The position numbers and the translations under genes were made by a program. Positions 1-10,307 of a stretch of DNA of 64,000 nt are shown here, one piece after another. The stretch lies in sequence record OZ035771.1; one strand, written 5' to 3'. A model generated the notes under the pieces. The model saw only the letters and a program-made list of their open reading frames with translations, searched no databases and was not told the DNA's origin. Position 1 is the stretch's first letter. Every line of letters starts with the position of its first letter. The DNA is from Phapecoctavirus DIJ07P2.

Positions 1-681
1 AGCTTCTAAGTTATTCTTTAAGTTTGGTGTTTCGACATAACTTATGTTACCACCATTGCTAATCTGTGCAAAACCTGCTTCATAATCCCATTTTTCAAAA
101 GGATTTGTTACCAACCATACAGGTTGGTGAAAAGAGTTGGTAAGATAATCTCTTTCTACCAAACCTGGGTATTTTTCATTTAAAGCTGTTGCAAACTTAT
201 AGCACAAGGATTCTGCTGGAGTTCCATAAAGACTAAACGCCAAATTAGATCGTTCTTTAAACACAGCACACACATCTTTCATATGTTGCAGAATGCTTTT
301 ACCAAGTTCCTTTTTATCTTTTTCTTCTGGATAAAGGATTTCCAAAGCTTCGGCAAGACCTACATAACCAATACTAATAGAAGCATAACCACCTTCAAAC
401 AAAACACCAATTTCATCATTGGCATTTAAACGCGCTAAAGCCCCTTCCATGAAAAGAATAGGGTTTTCAGATGCTTTGGTATGCCTAATACGGTTTACAC
501 GTAACATGTGAGCATCGTAGGCTATCTCCATATGTTTATTAAGGAGGTCGGTGAAAGATTCTCCTTTACTTCTCGCTTCCGCAGCAATCAGAGGTAAATT
601 GATAGAAACTACTCCAAGGTTGAATCGTCCATCATATTTTTCTCCTTGCTCTGTTGCATAGTATGACAAGAAACTTCTACA
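1..681 (-). CDS. nrdD: Anaerobic ribonucleoside-triphosphate reductase NrdD, exon 2 (3' part; continues beyond window start)
   Basis: Minus-strand translation from 681 downward reads CRSFLSYATEQGEKYDGRFNLGVVSINLPLIAAEA ... GGNISYVETPNLKNNLEA with no stop before position 1; collinear with class III RNR as recalled from T4 NrdD. Confidence 0.85.
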
Positions 682-1451
682 CATTATGTTCAAAGTGGCT
701 CGCAAGGCCACTCCCGCACCATTACGTGCTGCTGCATGTCACCATGCAGATCAGACTATATCTTCATGCTTAAAGCATGTCTACCATTTGGGGTGTCATA
801 GGCTTACACCCTACGCTGCTACATTCATCACAGCTAGTCGTTAGGCATTTCGTAACAGAACTCATAATCATAATTATTTGGTGCTCCTTGCTTTAAGATT
901 GCAGATATTCTTTTTCTGTCCAACCCTAAAGCGTCAGCACAACATCTCAGACTTTTAAAGTAAAAAACTTCACCAGTAGCCTTATGAGTAGCTTTTACAC
1001 TGTGACACCTTGTGTAGAAAGCATAACAGTTATTATCGTAACCCTCTTGCGTGTTGTCTGGACAAGATCCCCACTCAAGATTGTATACACTGTTGTCTTT
1101 CCTATTGTCACCTTTATGCTTCACATAAGGTAAATTGTCTGGATTGGGTAAAAACGCTTCAGCTACAAGTCTGTGCACCCGAAAGCAAACAGTTTTCTTG
1201 TTTTTACGTATTCTGACAAGTTGGTATCCTGTGTTTATTTCTTCCCACGAGCGAAGGATTCTTTCATCCTTATACCTGGTACAATAAACATTTCCAAGCT
1301 CGTCAATTTCATACCCTTCAAAATCACGAATTTGTTTTCTCATATCAGTACCCCCTTCTTCTGTGTTGGGAGTTCTGTTACGTTTAGCACGGGATTGTCT
1401 CTGTTGAGAGTTCCCCCGTTTAGGCAGATTTTACATGAGCAGTTATAGTTT
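682..1451 (-). mobile_element. Group-I-like self-splicing intron interrupting nrdD, carrying an HNH homing endonuclease ORF
   Basis: nrdD reading frame breaks after ...TSMG (last exon codon GGT, ends in U) and resumes at CRSFL; intervening 770 nt begins with in-frame stop, contains core-like sequence CTAAACGGGGGAAC...AGACAATCCCGTGCTAAA and ends in ...AACATAATG (terminal G) before exon 2. Confidence 0.75.
834..1343 (-). CDS. HNH homing endonuclease (intron-encoded)
   Basis: 169 aa; GYEIDELGNVY N-terminal motif and HRLVAEAFLPNP...NLEWGS HNH-type motif; lies wholly inside the nrdD intron. Confidence 0.8.
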   Translation of the reverse strand: MRKQIRDFEGYEIDELGNVYCTRYKDERILRSWEEINTGYQLVRIRKNKKTVCFRVHRLVAEAFLPNPDNLPYVKHKGDNRKDNSVYNLEWGSCPDNTQEGYDNNCYAFYTRCHSVKATHKATGEVFYFKSLRCCADALGLDRKRISAILKQGAPNNYDYEFCYEMPND

Positions 1452-2324
1452 ACCCATACTCGTAACGGTACCATCTGCTGATCCCGTAACTTCTTTGTTC
1501 AAAGGGACAGAAATAAAATCTGGATAAATACGATCAGCACAACATGCCAAAGCTTGTTGCTTAAGGTCGTAGTTAGGATCACTAGGTTTCATGTTAACAC
1601 CTTCTTGTAAAAAGAAAATAACTTTAGGGAATACAGGCGTTACATGATCTTTGCCTAGACCGTTACTATGCACTTTAAGATAGTTAGCTGTGATCATTCT
1701 GCCAAAAACAGAGGTATCCAGACCCATACTGATTGTAATAAAAGGAGATTGTCCATTAACACTCATTAAAGTGTTAACCTGATACAAAAGAGTTTGCATA
1801 GCGTCATATACATCTTGTTCGGTCATTTCTAGGGCTTCTTTCCTTGCATAACAACCGTAGCGACGTTTGGTTATCTCCATGTTTTTAAGGAAACTGGCTT
1901 CAACATAAGGACTAAGACCTTTATCAATGTGCGCACACGTCTGACCTCCATACTGACTGGAGGCAACAGCTTGAATGATTTGAGTTAGCACTGTAGTAGC
2001 TACTCCAATAGATTTTGGTTTTTCTATCTGTGCAGCACCGATCTTAAAACCATTCTCTAACATATCTTGATAATTAACAAGACAACAGTTTGTAAGAGGA
2101 GAGAGTAGGTAATCCAAGTCGTGAATATGTCCAAAACCTTCTGTATGCCATTCTGACAAGTTTTTTGGCAGTATCTGTGTCATTGCCATATGTTTGCTTA
2201 AAATCCCCGCCAAGAGATCTCTATGCGTGTTAACGAGGTGGGAAGGTTTGTTTGCATTCTCTCTAGTGTATGTTTCTGAAGTGCGATCTAAAAAAGAAAA
2301 AACATCTTGGTACAAATCTTTCAT
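1452..2324 (-). CDS. nrdD: Anaerobic ribonucleoside-triphosphate reductase NrdD, exon 1
   Basis: N-terminal part RENANKPSHLVNTHRDLLAGILSKH...HIHDLD...NCCLVNYQDMLENGFKIGAAQIEKPKSIGVAT typical of class III RNR; track ORF 1443-2324 terminates in intron-encoded KL-stop. Confidence 0.88.
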
Positions 2325-2427
2325 TATTAATCCTTATTTTGTGAGTAGAACTATTATTCTACCTCTTCCAACCGAAAAAAGCTTTGAGGGAAATCAAAAA
2401 AGGCGCAAAGTGCGCCTTTAAGTTTTA

Positions 2428-3774
2428 TCATTTGGAGAGGAATTGTCTTCCCATGATCTTACCGTTCTTCACAGCAGTCCCATCGTGTCCATTGTAATCC
2501 CAGGTTCCATCGATATTACGCAAGAAGCTATCACGAACAGTATAGGCTTTACCGTTCTCTACTTTACTTTCTTCCACAATGATTGCCATAACAAGCTTAT
2601 TTTCAATTTCGGTAGTAACCGATTCTTTGATACCCTCTGTAACTTCACGATCATATTGGATATAAACTCGCTCCTCGGTTACTTGCACGTCTACCACATT
2701 TTTAAATGTGTAGGTCTGTTGCGTAGTGTAGAGGACACGAACGACACTCTTCTTACCTACTGGCGGCTTCTGACGACGCTTGCGGTAACGTGGAGACGGG
2801 TTAAGTTTAATATAACCTACAATATCTGATCCATCTCCAGAGTGGCTCCAATACAACGTCTCTGCCAACAAACCTTTTCCTTGGTCCCCATTTCGAAAAA
2901 GAACATTAACAGGACCATCACAAGGGCGTCTACCTCCGATGTGGGCTTGGTATTTTGCTGTTCTTGGGAGAACAAAATATTCTTCAATCTGCCATTCACT
3001 ATCGTATTTCTCCCATTCAAAGTGGTTGGCTTTACATACTTCTAAAACACCATTTTTGTAACGGACTTGAACAAAGTCTTCACAAGGTTGAATACCTGTA
3101 TTAGGAATATAGGTAGGCTCTGTGTCTTCTGGTTCAAAAGTCTCTTTTTGTTGTTCCACATCTTCCACTTTTCTTACATGCTTAGTATAAAACATATCTT
3201 TAAACTCCTGTGCTTCAACCTCAACTGCAAATTCATGTTCTCTGACAGCCGGAGGCACAAGGCTTCCACACTCAAGATGTAGAGCATCCAGACCTGCCAT
3301 TTTATCGTAAAAGATAACTTTTCGATACTTCTTACCGTCTTCTGGAATAGCAGGGTCTACTCGTTTAAGACGGGAAGCATCGCTTTTAGTCCAAAAACTC
3401 TTCCCTGTTGTATTATTGAAAGTAGTAATCATTTCTTCAATTTCTTCTTCAGAAAGGTTACTAGTGTCTGTGTAAACATCTTCAATTTTTAGCGTTTTAG
3501 TTTTCTTAAAAATTAAATCTAGCATTGCATCTCCTGTAAAACGTAGTTCATTATCTCCTACTGTCGGCTCTCCAGTAAATTCATCGGTCCCAACTGTGTG
3601 ACAGATGTATGGAAAATTTGTGCAACCGTGTAAAAGAGCATATTGTCCTGTAAGTTTAGGATCTGTCTCTTTAGTCCAACCATATGCAATCTCAATAGCT
3701 TTGCAAAGCCTATCAAACAAGCCACGATTGTTTGCCGCTGTTACCAAATCCTGTTTATGTGCATATACATTCAT
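2428..3774 (-). CDS. Hypothetical protein (448 aa)
   Basis: Long ORF in operon orientation with nrdD; no motif recognised by eye. Confidence 0.6.
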   Translation of the reverse strand: MNVYAHKQDLVTAANNRGLFDRLCKAIEIAYGWTKETDPKLTGQYALLHGCTNFPYICHTVGTDEFTGEPTVGDNELRFTGDAMLDLIFKKTKTLKIEDVYTDTSNLSEEEIEEMITTFNNTTGKSFWTKSDASRLKRVDPAIPEDGKKYRKVIFYDKMAGLDALHLECGSLVPPAVREHEFAVEVEAQEFKDMFYTKHVRKVEDVEQQKETFEPEDTEPTYIPNTGIQPCEDFVQVRYKNGVLEVCKANHFEWEKYDSEWQIEEYFVLPRTAKYQAHIGGRRPCDGPVNVLFRNGDQGKGLLAETLYWSHSGDGSDIVGYIKLNPSPRYRKRRQKPPVGKKSVVRVLYTTQQTYTFKNVVDVQVTEERVYIQYDREVTEGIKESVTTEIENKLVMAIIVEESKVENGKAYTVRDSFLRNIDGTWDYNGHDGTAVKNGKIMGRQFLSK

Positions 3775-4325
3775 AATAATCCTCCTCGTTTTATTGCAAT
3801 AGATGCCCTAGGCTCTGCGATACCAGTGGCGTATAAATATGGATGACCTTGTGGAGAAGTTCTCATCCCAAACGAACCTAATTCTAACCCATACATATCT
3901 TCCACGTCAAGACCAATATCTGTCTCTATGATTTGAGTTTGAACTTTGTAATACGTCCAAAAGAAATAGCGCATAGTTTCGGCATACTCTTTGATGGACG
4001 CTCCTGGATAAAACTCAATAATTTCCAACTTCAAGAAAATGTTAAAATGAACATCATCTAATTCTTCCTCTGTTCGGTAGCAAGGTGTTAGAGCCATATA
4101 AGGATGATCTGTTGAAAATTCAAAACCATCTTTCTCCATCTGGAGGAAAGACTGCTCTGCACTGGCTACGTAGAACTTACCATTAGGATGCCCCAAGGGG
4201 CGATCCTCTTTACCTTCTGGTAATGTATATGCAAGGATATCTGCATCTACAAGATAAGGGACTTCCAACATCTCCGCAAACCGTCCATAGTAATCAATAG
4301 CTTGAGCAATAACAGCTACGTTCAT
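3771..4325 (-). CDS. Hypothetical protein (184 aa)
   Basis: ORF with 4-nt overlap coupling to neighbours. Confidence 0.55.
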   Translation of the reverse strand: MNVAVIAQAIDYYGRFAEMLEVPYLVDADILAYTLPEGKEDRPLGHPNGKFYVASAEQSFLQMEKDGFEFSTDHPYMALTPCYRTEEELDDVHFNIFLKLEIIEFYPGASIKEYAETMRYFFWTYYKVQTQIIETDIGLDVEDMYGLELGSFGMRTSPQGHPYLYATGIAEPRASIAIKRGGLL

Positions 4326-4573
4326 GATCTTCCTCCTGTGCGGAAAGCGCGTTTAGTAATGTTGGACATAATGATTAAATCTTGTAAAGTCATATCTGGG
4401 AACTGTTGTTCTAAAACTCCCTCGACAGCCCCTATAATATCTGACAATTCAACAAGTTGCATTATTTTGCAATCCTGCTCAACAGCATCAAAAAGTTCTT
4501 CTACTTCCTCTTTAATCTTTTCTATGCTGCCATAAGGTTGTTTCTTAATGTCTGTTATGTGATACCCTGCCAT
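4322..4573 (-). CDS. Small acidic protein, possibly MazG-like nucleotide pyrophosphohydrolase
   Basis: 83 aa with EE..E...D...E..D acidic helix pattern (EEVEELFDAVEQD...LVELSDIIGAVEGVLEQQ); weak by-eye similarity only. Confidence 0.35.
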   Translation of the reverse strand: MAGYHITDIKKQPYGSIEKIKEEVEELFDAVEQDCKIMQLVELSDIIGAVEGVLEQQFPDMTLQDLIIMSNITKRAFRTGGRS

Positions 4574-7204
4574 TTAACGATCCTCTCTGATTTGATTAAT
4601 CTTACGAGCAAGGGCAGCTATAAGCTTATCTTCTTCAGATACAGGAGCCGTGCTCTTACCTAAACGATGCATGTCTAAAATCTCTTGAACAGTTCGGTTC
4701 CATTGCAGACATTTAATACAACGTGTATGTGCAACATACAGAAGATTTCGTTCTGATTCTTCAAGACCTACCCACTCACCCTTCTTATCGTAATTAGAAG
4801 GGAAGTCATTTGCAACAATAACCTGATCCCATTCCAAACCTTTTGATTTGTGGGCTGTAGTTAAAGTAACTTTAGCCGTTGGAGAGTTACGGTGCATACG
4901 TAAAGTGTATGCAATATTATTAGCTTTACCAGAAACAACAATGTTTAAAAGTCGTTTTGCATCAGGATCTGATTCTGCACACTCTACAAATTCTTCCCAA
5001 GAAGTGTAAGGTAGAACTGTCTCATGCTTAACTTTGTCCAAATCACCTCTACGTAAAGCATTAACACTATCAACCATAGAAATGAAATCTTTGGTATCTA
5101 CGTTAATAATAATCTCTTCTCCGTTAGCGATTCGATCCATTGCCTCCATAAGCAAGGTTAAATTCTTGCGAAAGATGATAGTGTAAGGTTTTGTATAGTC
5201 TACAACATCTGATTTGTAGCTACCTACTACAGTATCAAAGCCTTTACCAACCAAAGGATGACGCAAAGGTTCTTTATCGCTTAAAATCATATTGGCAATG
5301 TTTGCCACTTTGGGGCCAAAACGGAAGCAAGCAGTTAATGGAAGCTCTGCCCCATACTTAGCTGTTTCAATCATCATATTAGAGCTACCTCTAAATTGAT
5401 AAATGCAGTTGTGGCTAAGAATTTCATTGCCAAAGAAGTTAGCAGTATCCTCTACTTCAATATCATAATAGATACCCTCACTATCTACAATGTCCACAAT
5501 CTCTTCTGCCGTTACAGTATCACCATCTTTTACCAACACAGACATGCCTTTAAACAAACCCGCTGCCGGAATTAAGTTATATTTGGCAGTGTCTACAGAG
5601 GACATGCATTCTTTTAAAGATGCAAACGGAACTATTTCAAGGATCTTTTGTGCAAAACTCAATGCTTCACAATAAGAATTGAAATATTTACGTACACGGT
5701 AACGACCTTCCAATTTAGCAACACTTACGCTTACACCTGCTTTAATGAGTGAAGCATAGATCGGCATTTCACTTTCTGTCCACTCAAAACTGACTTGTGT
5801 TCCTTTACAACCTTGTGCTCGCAAAGTCACTGTTAACATTTTTCTTTCATCTACTGCACAATTGATGCTGTGCCAATGTGGATAAGCAAAATGATAGTCT
5901 TTATCCTCTAAAAGTTTAAAACCATTCTGTCCGAATTGTTCAAAGATGTTATTGATCCTTTCTTGATTAATGCCGCGTGAACTTGCTTCAAATACACAAG
6001 TAGGAATGCCATATTGTAAACTGTATGCCATTTCTTTTTCCATAGCAGCTTCGCGATTTTCAACAATGTCCAACACCCATAATTTCTGTGCTTTTTCAGA
6101 ACGTGTACGTTGCCCCAGTTTAGAAAAACCTTCTTTATCATCGAATTTGTTAGTGATCCCTACTCGGAAACCTAAATCTTTCCTCCACATTAGGTATACC
6201 ACCATCTGGTCATCTTTCAGAACATAAGATGAAGCCCAAATACGATGGTTATGTGTCATATCTAAAGTTTTACCTGTAGCAGTAATAATATTCCTACCTT
6301 TTGTACGTGTAGATAAAGTCTTATTTGTTACTTTTCTAAATGTAACTTTACCATTAGAATAAGACTCTACCTTATCACCGATTTGCAGGTCTTTCATTGT
6401 AACCTGACCATTCTCGGTGTTAAGTACCGTGTTTTCCGACACACATTGAAATTCATCACCCACAACAACAATACGTTTAGCCGATTTAGCATTACGAAGG
6501 ATAGACAGGAATGCAGGGTTAACATCCTGGAATTCATCTCCAAAAATAATATCGTATCCTAAATCTTCTTTGCTCAATTCAAAGAGTTTCACATAGGTGT
6601 CATGAGTCATAATGGTTTCTGATTTAGGATCAATACGCTCACGCCAAAGTTGCTTCGCATATTTAACAACTTCGTTAATAAGTTTTTGTTCGTTGATGTT
6701 TTTACGTTTTAGGTCTGACATGTGCACTTTAGGAAAATGTTTATGTCCGATATGTTCATCGTCAGAAAACTCATATTTAGCTAAAGTTTGTTTTACCATT
6801 AACCCGATCATTGCACGAGTCAGTAGCACTTTACCATTCTTATCGATCAAGTTCTGAATCTTAAATTTCTTGGCAATCTCACTACCAGTTCCAGCTACGT
6901 TAACATATTGACCTTCTGGACGAGATAATTTGTGTCGAAGGTTTTGTGGAAGACGCTGGTAACAGATAGAATGTAGCGTTCGGCACATAACATTGGGCGG
7001 CATTTTACGTCGAGCTTCCTCTGCCATACTTTTGTTAAATGCCAAATATAGAATACTATCATTTGTGCCATTAGCCAACATATACAGTGTTGACGTTTTA
7101 CCTGATCCAGATTTAGCTTGAATTGTAACGAAACGATTTTCTTTATACCCGCTTTCAATAGCGTATTGTTCATCAGTAGGTGTAAAACTCAATTGTGTAG
7201 ACAC
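4574..7204 (-). CDS. SF1 (UvrD/PcrA-like) DNA helicase containing an intein
   Basis: Walker A AKSGSGKTS, motif II IFGDEFQD, motif III VVVGDEFQ|CIYQFRGS split by insertion, C-terminal TAHKSKGLEW and VAHTRC motifs. Confidence 0.85.
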   Translation of the reverse strand: MSTQLSFTPTDEQYAIESGYKENRFVTIQAKSGSGKTSTLYMLANGTNDSILYLAFNKSMAEEARRKMPPNVMCRTLHSICYQRLPQNLRHKLSRPEGQYVNVAGTGSEIAKKFKIQNLIDKNGKVLLTRAMIGLMVKQTLAKYEFSDDEHIGHKHFPKVHMSDLKRKNINEQKLINEVVKYAKQLWRERIDPKSETIMTHDTYVKLFELSKEDLGYDIIFGDEFQDVNPAFLSILRNAKSAKRIVVVGDEFQCVSENTVLNTENGQVTMKDLQIGDKVESYSNGKVTFRKVTNKTLSTRTKGRNIITATGKTLDMTHNHRIWASSYVLKDDQMVVYLMWRKDLGFRVGITNKFDDKEGFSKLGQRTRSEKAQKLWVLDIVENREAAMEKEMAYSLQYGIPTCVFEASSRGINQERINNIFEQFGQNGFKLLEDKDYHFAYPHWHSINCAVDERKMLTVTLRAQGCKGTQVSFEWTESEMPIYASLIKAGVSVSVAKLEGRYRVRKYFNSYCEALSFAQKILEIVPFASLKECMSSVDTAKYNLIPAAGLFKGMSVLVKDGDTVTAEEIVDIVDSEGIYYDIEVEDTANFFGNEILSHNCIYQFRGSSNMMIETAKYGAELPLTACFRFGPKVANIANMILSDKEPLRHPLVGKGFDTVVGSYKSDVVDYTKPYTIIFRKNLTLLMEAMDRIANGEEIIINVDTKDFISMVDSVNALRRGDLDKVKHETVLPYTSWEEFVECAESDPDAKRLLNIVVSGKANNIAYTLRMHRNSPTAKVTLTTAHKSKGLEWDQVIVANDFPSNYDKKGEWVGLEESERNLLYVAHTRCIKCLQWNRTVQEILDMHRLGKSTAPVSEEDKLIAALARKINQIREDR
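5408..6445 (-). mobile_element. Intein (346 aa) within helicase motif III
   Basis: Starts CVSENTVLNTENGQVTMKDLQIGDKV (block A), has TLDMTHNHRIW (block B), ends YDIEVEDTANFFGNEILSHN followed by extein Cys; codon checks at 6443-6445 (Cys) and 5408-5410 (Asn). Confidence 0.8.
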
Positions 7205-7218
7205 GTATTTCTCCTCTC

Positions 7219-7734
7219 TTAATAAAAACTCTTGACAATCCTCATCATTTCCTTAGCTCTGCTGGCGTAAGGTTCTTTTAGATTAGGTGGCAAATGTGCA
7301 TTAATGTACCCCATTTGTTTTTCCCATGTCCACTTATCTTTAAATCTTGGCATGGTGTCTCCTGCTAAACTGTTTTCTTTTCGTGTTTGAATAATCCAAT
7401 TACATGGAAAATGCACACCACCTTTACGGAAGGGAATATAATGTCCCAATGTGAATGCCTTATTGTTCTTTAAACGTCCAGCTAAATTAAGATTAACAAT
7501 AAGACTACGAAACACGTAGTATTGATAAAGATTGTCAACAGTATATACAGAGTAGTATGCTCTAAGTGCATTATCTCTACTAAGATTACCAACATCCAAA
7601 CTGCACCAGTTTAAATTACTTGGATCGTAGTTGTGATTATCAATCCATTCTTCTCTTTCCTCAAATTCTGCATTAACAGCAGACTGCCCTGCTGTAGATA
7701 CAAAAAGAGAATTTGCATCAAAGAACATACTCAC
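7219..7734 (-). CDS. Hypothetical protein (171 aa)
   Basis: ORF in leftward operon. Confidence 0.55.
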   Translation of the reverse strand: MSMFFDANSLFVSTAGQSAVNAEFEEREEWIDNHNYDPSNLNWCSLDVGNLSRDNALRAYYSVYTVDNLYQYYVFRSLIVNLNLAGRLKNNKAFTLGHYIPFRKGGVHFPCNWIIQTRKENSLAGDTMPRFKDKWTWEKQMGYINAHLPPNLKEPYASRAKEMMRIVKSFY

Positions 7735-7742
7735 TCCCCCCT

Positions 7743-8096
7743 TTAGTTTACATCGTTTAGAGCATTACCAATCTTTAAGATAATAACATCGTTAAGAGCT
7801 TCTTCTCCATTAAGGCCAGAGAAAGCAGGAGTAACGAAAGTTACCATGTAATAATGGTCTTCTTGTAGGATTGCGATAACGCCGTCTAGTTTAACATCTC
7901 CTGTGAAACGAAAAACTTTCAACTTTTGTTCTAAAGGAAGATCTCCTTCGACATTTAAAACCATATCTCCGACACCAAACTTTTCTGCCCCGATGTAGAT
8001 GTAAGCTTGGTCCTCTTTTTTATGGTAATACAATGTTGCTTGTTTGTCTTGTAGTGTTGTGATACCAAACACATCTACATCAATAATATTTTTCAA
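7743..8096 (-). CDS. Hypothetical protein (117 aa)
   Basis: ORF in leftward operon. Confidence 0.5.
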   Translation of the reverse strand: MKNIIDVDVFGITTLQDKQATLYYHKKEDQAYIYIGAEKFGVGDMVLNVEGDLPLEQKLKVFRFTGDVKLDGVIAILQEDHYYMVTFVTPAFSGLNGEEALNDVIILKIGNALNDVN

Positions 8097-8209
8097 AAAA
8101 TTCTCCTCTTATTTTGTGTTGACCTTATTTCGCATTAACCTGTGGGATACAGAGTTGCGAGATCTGTTTAGAACCTTACCAATCCCTGCATGACTATACC
8201 CTTCACTAT

Positions 8210-8572
8210 TTAACCTAAACACATACGTGCGATCAGACCCTGGATGAGTTTATCTGCTTCTTCACGATCATAGTCGGTATCTTCTATACCACCATCTTCG
8301 TCACGATAAACTTTACCTTCCAGGTACCCAGCATCGATCAAACCAATAATCAAATCGAACTGCCAACAAGAATTACCGAAAGGACGTTTTCCACTGAAAC
8401 TGTCTTCTTCTTCCCAAAGTGTAGAGAGCAGTCGTCTGAAATATTCACGCACAGTAACAGTGCCAAGATCATCGTCTTCAAAAACAACATCTAAAGCATC
8501 TGGTTCAGCTTTATCTACAACAGGCACATAACGTTGACCATTAATAACAACATCTACAATCGTTTCTCTCAT
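8210..8572 (-). CDS. Hypothetical acidic protein (120 aa)
   Basis: ORF; overlaps next gene start by 4 nt. Confidence 0.5.
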   Translation of the reverse strand: MRETIVDVVINGQRYVPVVDKAEPDALDVVFEDDDLGTVTVREYFRRLLSTLWEEEDSFSGKRPFGNSCWQFDLIIGLIDAGYLEGKVYRDEDGGIEDTDYDREEADKLIQGLIARMCLG

Positions 8573-8928
8573 TTTTCCTCCTTCTTGTATTCTAAGAACA
8601 TGTCAACTTCATAAGCTGTCCGTTCATCAAATTTGCTAGGATCTACTAAAATAAAAAGTTGTTTATTTATATCTTGAAACTCTTTTACTACAATGTAAAG
8701 GTGTTTCTTACAAGAGAAGCCTGTTGCTTGATAAGCATCACCCCAATCATCCACACCTTTTAATGTTTCTACATACTTACATTTTATTTTATCTTTACCA
8801 TCTTGGTAAAGTGCTTCACCTCCGAACCATGTGAAGAATTTAGTGCGATCTGCCCCAACCTTGAAGCCGTCACGAGCAGAAGCACTGACAGACACCGCCA
8901 ACATTAGGACAAACAGCAACTTTTTCAT
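8569..8928 (-). CDS. Putative secreted protein or lipoprotein (119 aa)
   Basis: N-terminal signal-peptide-like MKKLLFVLMLAVSVSASA. Confidence 0.55.
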   Translation of the reverse strand: MKKLLFVLMLAVSVSASARDGFKVGADRTKFFTWFGGEALYQDGKDKIKCKYVETLKGVDDWGDAYQATGFSCKKHLYIVVKEFQDINKQLFILVDPSKFDERTAYEVDMFLEYKKEEK

Positions 8929-9236
8929 TACATCTCCTCGTCAGACTTTTTGTTTTTGTCGAAGACAACGTGCCACTGGCTACCACACCCATCGTTGATG
9001 TAGAACATGATGTAGTTATCATCTTCATCTACAGCATGTCGGTATTCCAATTCGTAGCTATACAGATGAACATTACCTTCGCAACTAGGAGGATTCCAAA
9101 AGTAGACTTCATCATGAGTTTCACACCACTTGTATTGGCTTAAGTCTTCAAATACCAGTGAAGAAGGGTTTGGATGATCCTTAACAGCTTCTTCGTATGC
9201 CTGGTGAACTTCCACTGCTTTCGTTAATGTGCTCAT
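8928..9236 (-). CDS. Hypothetical protein (102 aa)
   Basis: ORF; start overlaps upstream stop (TAATG). Confidence 0.5.
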   Translation of the reverse strand: MSTLTKAVEVHQAYEEAVKDHPNPSSLVFEDLSQYKWCETHDEVYFWNPPSCEGNVHLYSYELEYRHAVDEDDNYIMFYINDGCGSQWHVVFDKNKKSDEEM

Positions 9237-9409
9237 TATGCCTCCTCATAAGCCTTACAGATGACCAAACGCCAAGTCTGCTTGTAGTGTTCTCTTTTCG
9301 CAAGAGCCTCTTTGTAAGAGGGTATACGTTGCGACAGAAGCATCCATTCACAATCTGCACCCATTCTTCCATAAAGCGCGTAACGGATGTTACTTTGTTT
9401 ATCTCCCAT
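9236..9409 (-). CDS. Hypothetical small protein (57 aa), self-derived
   Basis: ATG preceded by TAAGGAGG RBS; MGDKQSNIRYALYGRMGADCEWMLLSQRIPSYKEALAKREHYKQTWRLVICKAYEEA; stop overlaps next start; preferred over track ORF 9181-9372. Confidence 0.5.
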   Translation of the reverse strand: MGDKQSNIRYALYGRMGADCEWMLLSQRIPSYKEALAKREHYKQTWRLVICKAYEEA

Positions 9410-9452
9410 AAATGCCTCCTTAATCTTGTTTACAAGTATACCCTCTAATTAG

Positions 9453-9650
9453 TTACACTTTTTCCCAAGTACCAAAAGCACAGGAAGGGTAGATTCCAAC
9501 TTGAGGGTTTCCGTTATCATCTTTGAAAGTAAAACTGTTGTTGTCTTTATCAAGAACTGTAGAATAAATCTTACCAACAGTAACGCAGTTGGAAGCTTGA
9601 CCCAGTTCAGTGAGAGTAAGACATTTCATTTTCTGTTTCTTTGTAGCCAT
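9453..9650 (-). CDS. Hypothetical protein (65 aa)
   Basis: ORF with AAGGAG RBS. Confidence 0.5.
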   Translation of the reverse strand: MATKKQKMKCLTLTELGQASNCVTVGKIYSTVLDKDNNSFTFKDDNGNPQVGIYPSCAFGTWEKV

Positions 9651-9732
9651 TTATAAAATCTCCTTAGTAAGTGAATCTTTATTCTACACAAAGAGCTTTG
9701 CACATGTCAAGTAACTCTTTGTCAGATTAGTC

Positions 9733-10002
9733 TTAATGATTGGTGATGTTGATCACAATCTTGGTTTCAACTTTAGCCCAACAGGAGTCTGCTTCATTAA
9801 AACGACTATTCACAATGTATTCTCCTGCACGAGAACCTGTTAAACACACTGCACCTGTATCTGTAGCCAAATAGTATTCTCGTTCTTGTTCATCTACTTC
9901 TGCAATGTAATAGTAGAAAACAGACATAGGTTCAATTTCAGATAAACGGTATAACTTTGGAACAGGGGATTTCTCGATAAACTCAACAGAAGTTTTACTC
10001 AT
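9733..10002 (-). CDS. Hypothetical protein (89 aa)
   Basis: ORF coupled to next gene. Confidence 0.5.
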   Translation of the reverse strand: MSKTSVEFIEKSPVPKLYRLSEIEPMSVFYYYIAEVDEQEREYYLATDTGAVCLTGSRAGEYIVNSRFNEADSCWAKVETKIVINITNH

Positions 10003-10235
10003 TTGTTTTCTCCTAGATCTAAACTAATTAAGAAGTCACGAAGGATGATCATTTGTTCTGTAGACAATGATAATACACCTTCTCCATAAATATCACCAGA
10101 CCATTCAGCAGTAAAATCTAACACACCAGTACCAGGGAACCAGTCTACTGTGATCTGATTACCATTAGAATCAGGTAGTACACCATTAACTAACATAACA
10201 CACTCTCCTATTATTGTTCTTGATCTTACGATCAT
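9999..10235 (-). CDS. Hypothetical protein (78 aa)
   Basis: ORF downstream of intergenic repeat. Confidence 0.45.
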   Translation of the reverse strand: MIVRSRTIIGECVMLVNGVLPDSNGNQITVDWFPGTGVLDFTAEWSGDIYGEGVLSLSTEQMIILRDFLISLDLGENK

Positions 10236-10307
10236 CTACCGATAAGAACAAGTACTTAAATCTCTGTTCTTCGAACATCTAACGATAGAGATTAATCTAT
10301 TACATAA

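Noticed and set aside
9181-9372. Track ORF of 63 aa on minus strand
   Set aside because: A different frame in the same interval (9236-9409) has a TAAGGAGG RBS and stop-start coupling to the next gene, so that ORF was preferred.
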